DNA of 64,000 bases, taken from contig NC_043004.1 of assembly GCF_006345805.1 (NCBI RefSeq), positions 52,762,001 to 52,826,000 of the forward strand, given 5' to 3'. Below the pieces are notes generated by a model. The model saw only the letters and a program-made list of their open reading frames with translations, was not told the origin of the DNA and ran no database searches. The DNA is from Octopus sinensis (taxonomy: Eukaryota). The first letter of the stretch is position 1. Every line of letters begins with the position of its first letter. Positions 52,851-64,000 of this stretch are shown in pieces. The position numbers and the translations under genes are program-made.

Positions 52851-53909
52851 ATATATATATATATATATATATAAGATATGAGATAAAACCACTATTAGCC
52901 AACTCAAACAGTGATAGACATAAACCAATACATAAATAAAGAATAATATATATATAATTAATACAATATATAATATATAAATTTTTTTCAAAAAGTATAA
53001 AAAGAATGATAAATATAATATAATAAGTAAAAACACTACGTACGTTTCATGGCTGTAATTAAATTTTATCTCTAATTCATATTTTATATATTTATACTGT
53101 GAAATTTGATTTAATACCAAATCTAATTTTTCCCTGTAAGTTTGGAGATATACTCCCTAATATTATAATTATATATATATATAATATATATATATATATA
53201 TTATATATATATATATATAATATATATATATATATTATATATATATATATATTTATTTATATATAAATATATATAAATATATATATATGCTTGTATGAAT
53301 ACATGTATATATTTGAGATATATATGTGAGATAATAGTTCCGCATTAATAGATTCAGTTTCACTTATGAAACTATTAAACTGAGAGTATCTCACATTACA
53401 ATAGAGATATGTTATTGTCCCGTTATTGAAACGCAATACTGAAATAGTGCACGAGATAAGAGATTGCCCCGGGCTCGCATTAAACTATCTGAAAAAAGTT
53501 TGGCCCATGGCACTGCATGACCCTTAAGTAAGGCATGTGCAGAATTTGAATGTAATATATAGATAAAAGAGGAAAAGGAGAGAGTGACAGGCAAAAGATA
53601 AACATGACGACAGACAGGCAGTAATATATAGAGCGACAGATTGTACTATTGTGAAAACTAACGGTTTGGTCATGATACACTTCTGAATGAATGCGATCCA
53701 TGTTCATTGCAACATGTCATCTTGAACAAAATGTCCGTTATATCCAGAGGGCGCCACGTAACAATGGCTTAAAAAATTTGTGGTTACGAAAACTGTGTAG
53801 AAATCAATAATAGTGCTCTTTTCAAAATTTTAATCTGATATGATGGCCTCAGAATTATTTTTACGTTGCACATGGCCCTGCCAAATACGCTGTCACCTAT
53901 GTGACCCAC

Positions 53910-56900
53910 AGACTTGTTTTCATTCTAAAGTCTCGTTTTCATTCAAAAGCCTTGTTTTCATCCTAAAGCCTCGTTTTCATTCCAAAGCCTTGTTTTCATC
54001 CTAAAGCATAGTTTTCATTCCAAAGCCTTTTTTCATTCCAAAGCCTCGTTTTCATTCCAAAGCCATGTTTTCATTCTAAAGCCTCGTTTTCATTCCAAAG
54101 CCTTCTTTTCATTCTAAAGCCTCGTTTTCATTCAAAAGCCTCGTTTTCATTCCAAAGCCTCGTCTTCATTCAAAAGCCTCATTTTCATTCCAAAGCCTCG
54201 TTTTCATTCTAAAGCCTCGTTTTCATTCCAATGCTTCGTTTTCATTCCAAAGCCCCGTTTTCATTCCAATGCCTCATTTTCATTCCAAAGTCTTGTTTTC
54301 ATTCCAAAGCCTGGGTTTCAATCTAAAGGCTCGTTTTCATCCCCTAGAATCGTTTACATTCTAAAGCCTCATTTTCATTCCAAAGCCTCGTTTTCATTCT
54401 AAAGCCTCGTTTTCATTCCAAAGTCTCGTCTTCATTCTAAAGCCTCGTTTACATTCTAAAGCCTCATTTTCATTCGAAAGCCTCGTTTTCATTCTAAACC
54501 CTCGTTTTCATTCCAATGCCCCGTTTTCATTCTAAAGCCTCGTTTTCATTCCAAAGCCACATTTTCATTTCAAAGCCAGGCTTTCGTTCTAAAGCTTCGT
54601 TTTCATTCCAAAGCCTTGTTTTCATTCTAAAGCCTCGTTTTTATTCCAAGGCCACGTTTTCATTCTAAAGCCTCGTTTTCATACCAAAACCTCGTTTTCA
54701 TTCAAAAGCATTGTTTTCATTTTTAAGTCTCGTTTTCATTCCAAAGACTCGTTTTCGTTCCAAAGCCTCGNNNNNNNNNNNNNNNNNNNNNNNNNNNNNN
54801 NNNNNNNNNNNNNNNNNNNNNNNNNNNNNNNNNNNNNNNNNNNNNNNNNNNNNNNNNNNNNNNNNNNNNNTTCAAAAGCCTCGTTTTCATTCCAATGCCC
54901 CGTTTTCATTCTAAAGCATCATTTTTCTTCCAAACCCTTCTTTTCATTCCAAAGCCTCGTTTTCGTTCTAAAGCCTCCTTTTCATTCCAAACCCTTGTTT
55001 TCATTCCAAAGCCTCGTTTTCCTTCTAAAGGCTCATTTTCATTCCAAAGCATCGTTTTTATTTTAAAGCCTAGTTTTCATTCAAACGCGTCGTTTTCATT
55101 CCAAAGTCTTGTTTTCATACCAAAGCCTCGTTTTCATTCCAAAGCCTCGTTTTCATTCCAATGCCTCACTTACATTCTAAAGCCTCATTTTCATTCGAAA
55201 GCCTAGTTTCGATTCTAAAGCTTCGTTTTCATTCCAAAGCATTGTTTTCATTCTAAAGCTTCGTTTTCATTCCAAAGACTTGTTTTCATTCTAAAGCTTC
55301 GTTTTCATTCCAAATCTTGTTTTCATTCTAAAGTTTCGTTTTCATTCCAAAGCCTTGTTTTCATTCCAAAGCCTTTTTTCATTCTAACCCTCGTTTTTAT
55401 TCCAACGTCTCATTTTCATTCTAAAGCCTCGTTTTAATTCCAAAGCCTCGTTATCATTCCAAAGCCTCGTTTCCGTTCCAAAGCCTCGTTATCATTCCAA
55501 AGCCTCGTTTTCATTCCAGAGTTTCGTTTTCATTCTAAAGCCTCGTTTTCATTCCAAAGCCTCGTTTTCTTTCCAAAGCCTTCTTTTCATTCCAAAGACT
55601 CCTTTTCATTCCAATGCCTTGTTTTCATTCCAAAGCGTCATTTTCATTCCAAAGCCTTGTTTTCATTCTAAAGCTTCGTTTTCATTCCAAAGACTTGTTT
55701 TCATTCTAAAGCCTCGATTTCTTTCCAAAGCCTTGTTTTCATTCCAAAGCCTTGTTTTCATTCCAAAGCCTCGTTTTCGTTCTGAAGCCTCGTTTTCATT
55801 CCAAAGCCTTTTTTTCATTCAAAAGCCTGGTTTTCATTCTAACCCTCGTTTTTATTCCAAAGTCTCCTTTTCATTCTAAAGCCTCGTTTTAATTCCAAAG
55901 CTTCGTTTTCATTCCAAAGCCTCGTTTCCGTTCCAAATACTCGTTTTCATTCCATTGCCTCGTTTTCATTCCAATGCCTCGTTTTCATTCTAAAGCCTCG
56001 TTTTCATTCCAAAGCCTTGTTTTCATTCCAAAGCCTCGTTTTCATTCCAAAGCCTTGTTTTCATTCTAAAGCCTCGTTTTCGATCAAAAGCCTTGTTTTC
56101 ATTCTAACGCTTTGTTTTTATTCCAAAGATTCGTTTTCATTCCAAAGGCTCGTTTTTTTCCCAAAGCCTCGTTTTCATTCCAGAGCCTTGTTTTCATTCC
56201 AACGCCTCGTTTTCATTCCAAATCCTCGTTTTTACTCCAAAGCCTCATTTTCATTCTAAAGCCTCGTTTTAATTCCAAAGCTTCGTTTTCATTCCAAAGC
56301 CTCGTTTCCGTTCCAATGCCTCGTTTTCATTCAAAAGCCTTGTTTTCATTCCAATGCATCGTTTTCATTCTAAAGACTCGTTTTTATTCTAAAGCATCGT
56401 TTTCGTTACATGGCCACGTTTTCATTTCAAAGCCTTGTTTTCATTCGAAAGCCTTATTTTCATTCCAAAGCCTCATTTTCATTCCAAAGCCTTGTTTTCA
56501 ATCTAAAGCCTCATTTTCATTCCAAAGCCTTGTTTTCATTTCAAAGCCTCGTTTTCATTCCAAAGCCTTGTTTTTATTCCAAAGCCTCGTTTTCATTCCA
56601 AAGCCTTGTTTTCATTCTAAAGCCTCGTTTTCGATCAAAAGCCTTGTTTTCATTCTAACGCTTTGTTTTTATTCCAAAGCTTCGTTTTCATTCCAAAGAC
56701 CAGTTTTCTATCCAAAGCATCGTTTTCATTCTGAAGCCTCGTTTTCTTACGAAATCCTCGTTTTCATTCCAAAACCTCGTTTTCATTCTAAAGCCTCGTT
56801 TTCATTATAAAGCCTCGTTTTCATTCCTAAGCCTCGTTTTCGTTCCAAAGCCTCGTCTTCCTTCTAAAGGCTCATTTTCATTCAAAAGCCACGTTTTCAT

Positions 56901-59900
56901 TCTAAAGCCTCGTTTTCATTCAAAAGCGTCGTTTTCATTCCAAAGTCTTGTTTTCATTCCAAAGCCTCGTTTTCATTCCAATGCCTCATTTAGATTCTAA
57001 AGCCCCATTTCGATTCTAAAGCCTCGTTTTGATTCTAAAGCCTCGTTTTCATTCTAATGCCCCGTCTTCATTTTAAAGCCTCGTTTTCATTCCAAAGCCT
57101 TGTTTTCATTCGAAAGACACGTTTTCATTCCAAAGCCTTGTTTACATTCTAAAGCCCCGTTTTCTTTCCCAAGCCTTGTTTTCATTGTAAAGCCTCGTTT
57201 ACAATCCAAAGCCTTGTTTTCATTCCAAAGACTTGTTTTCATTCTAAAGCTTCGATTTCATTCTAAAGCCACGTTTCATTCCAAATCCTCGTCTTCATTT
57301 TATAGCCTCGTTTATTCCAAAGCCTTGTTTTCATTCTAAAGCCTCGTTTCCGATCCAACGCCTTGTTTTCATTCTAAAGCTCTGTTTTCATTCCAAAGCT
57401 TCGATTTCATTCTAAAGCCTCGTTTTCATTCCAAAGCCACGTTTTCATTTCAAAGACTTGTTTTTATTCCAAAGCCTTGTTTTCATTCTAAAGCCTCGTT
57501 TTCATTCAAAAGGTTCGTTTTCATTCCAAACCTCATTTTCATTCCAAAGCCTCGTTTTCATTCCAAATCCTCGTTTTTATTCTAATGCCTCGTTTTCATT
57601 CCAAAGCCTCGTTTTCATTCCAAAGCTTCGTTTTCATTCCACGCCTCGTTTTCATTCCAAAGTCTTGTTTTAATATCAAAGCCTCGTTGTCGATTCAATT
57701 CCTTCTTTTCATTCTAATGCTTTGTATTCATTCCAAAGCCTCGTTTTCGTTCTAAAGCCTCGTTTTCATTCCAAAGCCTTGTTTTCATTCCAAAGCCTCG
57801 TTTTCATTCTAACCCTCGTTTTTATTCCAAAGCCTCATTTTCATTCTAAAGCCTCGTTTTAATTCCAAAGCCCCGTTTCCGTTCCAAAGACTCGTTTTCA
57901 TTCCAAAGCCTCGTTTTCATTCCAATGCCTCGTTTTCATTCTAAAGTCTCGTTTTCACTCTAAAGCGTCGTTTTCGTTCCATAGCCACGTTTTCATTTCA
58001 AAGCCTTGTTTTCATTCGAAAGCCTTATTTTCATTCCAAAGCCTCATTTTCTTTCCAAAGCCTTGTTTTCATTCTAAAGCCTCATTTTAATTCCAATGCC
58101 TTGTTTTCATTCCATTGCCTTGTTTTCAACTGCAAAGCCTCGTTTTCATTCAAAAGCCTAGTCTTTATTCTAATCCCTCATTTTCATTCCAAATTTCGTT
58201 TTCAATCTTAAGCCTCGTTTTTATTCCAATCCCTCGTTTTCATTCCAAACTCTCGTTTTCATTCTATAGCCTCGTTTTCATTCCAAAGCCCTTTTTTCAT
58301 TCTAAAGCTTTTTTTCGTTCCAAAGCCTTGTTTTCGGTATAAAGCCTCGTTTTCATTCCAAATCTTTGTTTTCATTCTAAGGCCTCGTTTTCGCTCCCAA
58401 GCCTTTTTCTCATTGTAATGTTCGTTTTCATTCCAAAGCCTTTTTTTCTTTCTAACCCTTGTTTTTATTCCACAGTCTCATACTCAATCTAAAGCCTCGT
58501 TTTAATTCCAAAGCATCGTTTTCGTTCCAAAAGCATCGTTTTCTTTGCAATGCCTTGTTTTCAGTCCAAAGCCTCGTTTCCGTTGCAAAGCATTGTTTTC
58601 ATACCAAATCCTCGTTTTCATTCCAAAGCCTCGTTTTCATTCTAATGCCTCTTTTTCATTCCAAAGCCTCGTTTTCATTCCTAAGCCTCGTTTTCATTCC
58701 AAAGTCTTGTTTTCATACCAAAGCCTCGTTTTCATTCCAAAGCCTCGTTTTCATTCCAAAGCCTCGTTTACATTCTAAAGCCTCATCTTCATTCCAAAGC
58801 TTCGTTTTCATTCGAAAGCCTCGTTTTCATTCCAATGCACAGTTTTCATTCTAAAGCCTTGTTTTCATTCCAAAGCCTTGTTTTCATTCAAAAGCCTTTC
58901 TTCATTCTAATCCCTCATTTTCATTCCAAAGCCTCGTTCTCAATCTTAAGCCTCGTTTTCATTCCACATTCTAAAGCCTCGTTTTCATTCCAAAGCCTGT
59001 TTTCATTCCAAAGCTTTTTTTCATTCCAAAGCCTTGTTTTCGGTTTAAAGCCTCGTTTTCATTCCAAAGCCTTGTTTTCATTCTAAAGCCTCGTTTTCGC
59101 TCCCAAGCCTTGTTCTCATTGTAATGTTCGTTTTCATTCCAATGCCTTGTTTTCATTCCGAAAGCCTTTTTTCTTTTTAACCCTTGTTTTTATTCCACAG
59201 CCTCATTTTCAATCTAAAGCCTCGTTTTAATTCCAAAGCTTCGTGTTTGTTCCAAAAGCTACGTTTTCTTTGCAATGCCTTGTTTTCATTCCAAAGCCTC
59301 GTTTCCGTTGCAAAGCCTTGTTTTTATTCTAAAGCATCATTTTCATTCCAAAGCCTCGTTTTCATTCTAAAGCCTCATTTTCATTCTAAAGCCTCGTTTT
59401 CATTCTAAAGCCTCGTTTTCATTCCATAGCCTCGTTTTCATTTCAATGCCTCGTTTTCATTCCAAAGCCTCGTTTTCATACCAAAGCCTCGTTTTCATTC
59501 CAAAGCCTCGTTTTCATTCCAAAGCCTCGTTTTCATTCCAAAGCCTTGTTTTTATTCCAAAGACTCGTTTTCATTCTAAAGCCTCGTTTTCATTCCAATG
59601 ACCTGTTTTCATTCTAAAGCCTCGTTTTCATTCCAAAGGCTTGTTTTCATTCCAAAGCCTTATTTTCATTCTAAATCCTCGTTTTCATTCCAAAGCCTCG
59701 TTTTCATTCTAAATCCTCGTTTTCATTCCAATGCCCAGTTTTCATTCTAAAGCCTCGTTTTCATTCCAAAGCCTTGTTTTCATTCCAAAGCCTCGTTTTC
59801 TTTCTAAAGCCTCGTTTTCATTCCAAAGCCTCGTTTTCATTCCAATGCCTTATTTTCATTCCGAAGCATCGTCTTCATTGTAAAGCCTCATATTCATTCC

Positions 59901-62900
59901 AAAGCCTAGTTTTCATTCTAAGCCTCGTTTTCATTCAAAAGCCTCGTTTTCATACCAAAGCCTCGTTTTCATTCTAAAGCCTCATTTTCATTCCAAAACC
60001 TCGTTTTCATTCTAAAGGCTCGTTTTCATTCCAATGCCTCTTTTTCATTCCAAAGCCTCGTTTTCATTCCTAAGCCTAGTTTTCATTCCAAAGTCTTGTT
60101 TTCATACCAAATCTCGTTTTCATTCCAAAGCCTCGTTTTCATTCCATAGCCTCGTTTACATTCTAAAGCCTCATTTTCATTCCAAAGCCTCGTTTTCATT
60201 CCAAAGCCTCGTTTTCATTCCAATGCCCAGTTTTCATTCCAAAGCCTCGTTTACATTCCAAAGCCTCGTTTTCATACCAAAGTCTCGTTTTCTTTCCAAA
60301 GCCTTGTTTTTATTCCAAAAACTCGTTTTCATTCCAAAGCCTTGTTTTCATTCCAAAGCCTCGTTTTCATTCCAAAGCTCGTTTTCATTCCAAAGCCTCG
60401 TCTTCATTCCAAAGCTTCGTTTTCATCCCAAAGCCTAGTTTTCATTCTAAAGCCTCGTTTTCATTCTACAGCATCGTTTTCATTCAATAGCCTCGATTTC
60501 ATTTCAAAGCCTCGTTTTCATTCCAAAGTTTGTTTTCAATCCAAAGCCTTGTTTTCATTCTAAAGTCTCGTTTTCATTCCAAACCTCGTTTTCATTCCAA
60601 AGCCTTGTTTTCATTCCAAAGACTCGTTTTCATTCCAGAGCCTCGTTTTCATTCCAAAGCCTTGTTTTCATTCTAAAGCCTCGTTTTCAATCCAAAGCCT
60701 TGTTTTCATTCTAAAGCTTTCTTCATTCTAATCCCTCATTTTCATTCCAAAGCCTCGTTCTCAATCTTAAGCCTCGTTTTCATTCACATTCTAAAGCCTC
60801 GTTTTCATTCCAAAGCCTTGTTTTCATTCAAAAGCTTTTTTTCATTCCAAAGCCTCGTTTTCATTCTAAAGCCTCGTTTTCATTCTAAAGCCTCGTTTTC
60901 ATTCTGAAGCCTCGTTTTCGTTTCCAAGCCTTGTTCTCATTGTAAAGCCTCGTTTTCATTCCAAAGCCTTGTTTTCATTCCAAAGCATTTTTCATTCTAA
61001 CCCTCGTTTTTATTCCAAAGCCTCATTTTCATTCTAAAGCCTCGTTTTAATTCCAAAGCTTCCTTTTCGGTCCAAAAGCCTCGTTTTCGTTGCAAAGCCT
61101 TGTTTTCATTCCAAAACCTCGTTTCCGTTCCAAAGATTTGTTTTCATTTCAAAGCCTCATTTTCAATCCAAGGCCTTGTTTTCATTCTAAAACCTCGTTT
61201 TCATTCTAAAGACTCGTCTTCATTCTAAAGCATCCTTTTCATTCCATAGCCTCGTTTTCTTTTCAATGCCTCGTTTTCATTCCAAGGTCTTGCTTTCATA
61301 CCAAATCCTCGTTTTCATTCCAAAGCCTCGTTTTCATTCCAAAGCCTCGTTTACATTCTAAGCCTCATTTTCATTCAAACAACTCGTTTTCATTCTAAAG
61401 CCTCGTTTTCATTCCAATGACCTGTTTTCATTCTAAAACTCGTTTTCATTCCAAAGGCTTGTTTTCATTCCAAAGCCTTATTTTCATTCTAAAACCTCAT
61501 TGTTATTCCAAAGCCTCGTTTTCATTCTAAATCCTCGTTTTCATTCCAATGCCCAATTTTCATTCTATAGCCTCGTGTTCATTCCAAAGCCTTGTTTTCA
61601 TTCCAAAGCCTCGTTTTCTTCTAAAGCCTCGTTTTCATTCTAAGCTTCGTTTTCATTCCAATGCCTTGTTTTCATTCAAAAGCCTCGTTTTCTTTGCAAA
61701 GCATCGTTTTCATTCCAAACGTATTTTTTCATTCTAAAGCCTCGTTTTCATTCCAAAGCCTCGTTTTCATTCCAAAGCCACGTTTTCATTCTAAAGCCTC
61801 GTTTTCATTCCAAAGCCTCGTTTTCATTCTAAAGCCTCGTTTTCATTCCAATGCCTCGTTTTCATTCCAAAGCCTCATTTTCATTCCAAAGTCTTGTTTT
61901 CATTCCAAAGACTAGTTTTCATACCAAATCTCGTTTTCATTTTCATTCCAAAGCCTCGTTTTCATTCCAAAGCCTCGTTTACATTCTAAAGCCTCATTTT
62001 CATTCCAAAGCCTCGTTTTCATTCCAAAGCCTCGTTTTCATTCCAATGCCCAGTTTTCATTCCAAAGCCTCGTTTTCATTCCAAAGCCTCGTTTTCATTC
62101 CAAAGCCTCGTTTTCTTTCCAAAGCCTTGTTTTTATTCCAAAGACTCGTTTTCATTCCAAAGCCTTGTTTTCATTCCAAAGCCTTGTTTTCATTCCAAAG
62201 CCTCGTTTTCATTCCAAAGCCTCGTTTTCATTCCAAAGCCTCGTTTTCATTCCAAAGCCTCGTTTTCATTCTAAAGCCTCGTTTTCATTCTACAGCCTCG
62301 TTTTCATTCCATAGCCTCGTTTTCATTTCAAAGCCTCGTTTTCATTCCAAAGCCTTGTTTTCATTCCAAAGCCTTGTTTTCAATCCAAAGCCTTGTTTTC
62401 ATTCTAAAGCCTCGTTTTTATTCCAAAGCCTTGTTTTCATTCCAAAGCCTCGTTTTCATTCCAAAGCCTTGTTTTCATTCCAAAGCCTTGTTTTCATTCC
62501 AAAGCCTCGTTTTCAATCCAAAGCCTCGTTTTCATTCTAAAGCCTCGTTTTCATTCCAATGCCTCGTTTTCATTCCAAAGCTTCGTTTTCTTCCAAAGCC
62601 TCGTTTTCATTCCAAAGCCTCGTTTTCTTCCAAAGCCTCGTTTTTATTTTAAAGCCTTGTTTTTATTCCAAAGCCTTGTTTTCATTCCAAAGTCTCGTTT
62701 TCATTCCATTGCCTTGTTTTCATTCCAAAGCCTTGTTTTCATTCCAAAGCCTCGTTTTCAATCCAAAGCCTTGTTTTCATTCAAAAGCCTTTCTTCATTC
62801 TAATCCCTCATTTTCATTCCAAAGCCTCGTTCTCAATCTTAAGCCTCGTTTTCATTCCACATTCTAAAGCCTCGTTTTCATTCCAAAGCCTGTTTTCATT

Positions 62901-64000
62901 CCAAAGCTTTTTTTCATTCCAAAGCCTTGTTTTCGGTTTAAAGCCTCGTTTTCATTCCAAAGCCTTGTTTTCATTCTAAAGCCTCGTTTTCGCTCCCAAG
63001 CCTTGTTCTCATTGTAATGTTCGTTTTCATTCCAATGCCTTGTTTTCATTCCGAAAGCCTTTTTTCTTTTTAACCCTTGTTTTTATTCCACAGCCTCATT
63101 TTCAATCTAAAGCCTCGTTTTAATTCCAAAGCTTCGTGTTCGTTCCAAAAGCTACGTTTTCTTTGCAATGCCTTGTTTTCATTCCAAAGCCTCGTTTCCG
63201 TTGCAAAGCCTTGTTTTTATTCTAAATCCTCATTTTCATTCCAAAGCCTCGTTTTCATTCCAAAACCTCATTTTCATTCTAAAGACTCGTCTTCATTCTA
63301 AAGCATCCTTTTCATTCCATAGCCTCGTTTTCATTTCAATGTCTCGTTTTCATTCCAAGGTCTTGCTTTCATACCAAATCCTCGTTTTCATTCCAAAGCC
63401 TCGTTTTCATTCCAAAGCCTCGTTTACATTCTAAGCCTCATTTTCATTCAAACAACTCGTTTTCATTCTAAAGCCTCGTTTTCATTCCAATGACCTGTTT
63501 TCATTCTAAAACCTCGTTTTCATTCCAAAGGCTTGTTTTCATTCCAAAGCCTTATTTTCATTCTAAAACCTCATTGTTATTCCAAAGCCTCGTTTTCATT
63601 CTAAATCCTCGTTTTCATTCCAATGCCCAATTTTCATTCTATAGCCTCGTGTTCATTCCAAAGCCTTGTTTTCATTCCAAAGCCTCGTTTTCTTTCTAAA
63701 GCCTCGTTTTCATTCTAAAGCTTCGTTTTCATTCCAATGCCTTGATTTCATTCCAAAGCCTCGTTTTCATTGCAAAGCCTCGTTTTCATTCCAAACGTAT
63801 TTTTTCATTCTAAAGCCTCGTTTTCATTCCAAAGCCTCGTTTTCATTCCAAAGCCACGTCTTCATTCTAAAGCCTCATTTTCATTCCAAAACCTCGTTTT
63901 CATTCTAAAGGCTCGTTTTCATTCCAATGCCTCTTTTTCATTCCAAAGCCTCGTTTTCATTCCTAAGCCTAGTTTTCATTCCAAAGTCTTGTTTTCATAC
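53910..64000. repeat. 19-bp satellite array, consensus TTTTCATTCCAAAGCCTCG, with higher-order repeats; runs off the window end
   Basis: Roughly 500 monomers by length; variants ccaaag/ctaaag/ccaatg and ctcg/cttg; diagnostic blocks recur at multi-kb offsets. Confidence 0.97.
54771..54870. other. Assembly gap (100 N) inside the satellite
   Basis: Run of N; true array length unknown. Confidence 1.

Noticed and set aside
53460-53900. Possible hAT MITE just before the satellite
   Set aside because: Could not identify a matching TIR pair or TSD.
54711-63908. Long FSFQSLVFIPKPRFHSKAS-type ORFs (up to 232 aa)
   Set aside because: Frame-cycling translation of a stop-poor 19-bp satellite, not a gene.
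53910-64000. CRISPR array or CENP-B box interpretation of the 19-bp repeat
   Set aside because: No unique spacers and no cas genes; the monomer lacks the TTCG...CGGG positions of a CENP-B box.

Overview
AT-rich animal genomic DNA, saturated with microsatellites and transposon debris. The tRNA-head/CORE-type SINE families, (TA)n/(TACA)n/(AAT)n density and R4/Dong plus Penelope content point to an octopus/cephalopod genome (inference; no database search). I found no confidently supported host gene, rRNA, true tRNA or CRISPR array; nearly all ORF-track entries are simple-repeat translations. Main contents: a 5'-truncated Penelope-like (Neptune-type) retroelement with inverted terminal repeat (3187-5374); two non-autonomous Helitrons; a decayed Tc1; hAT and mariner MITEs; an internally deleted AcademX transposon; several R4/Dong LINE 3' fragments in (TAA)n; three SINE families; a four-copy head-to-head cluster of an unclassified ~550-bp repeat; and a >10-kb 19-bp satellite with higher-order structure running off the right end. 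The most notable signal is RNA-structural: a non-coding 4.1-unit tandem array of a ~480-bp monomer (23903-25878) inserted in (TA)n, each unit carrying an invariant, complete type I hammerhead ribozyme fold (retrozyme/circRNA-like). There is also a variant hammerhead with a compensatory U3:A8 core in the Penelope terminal repeat and a third, decayed hammerhead at 18.2 kb. All folds were paired by eye; none is tested.
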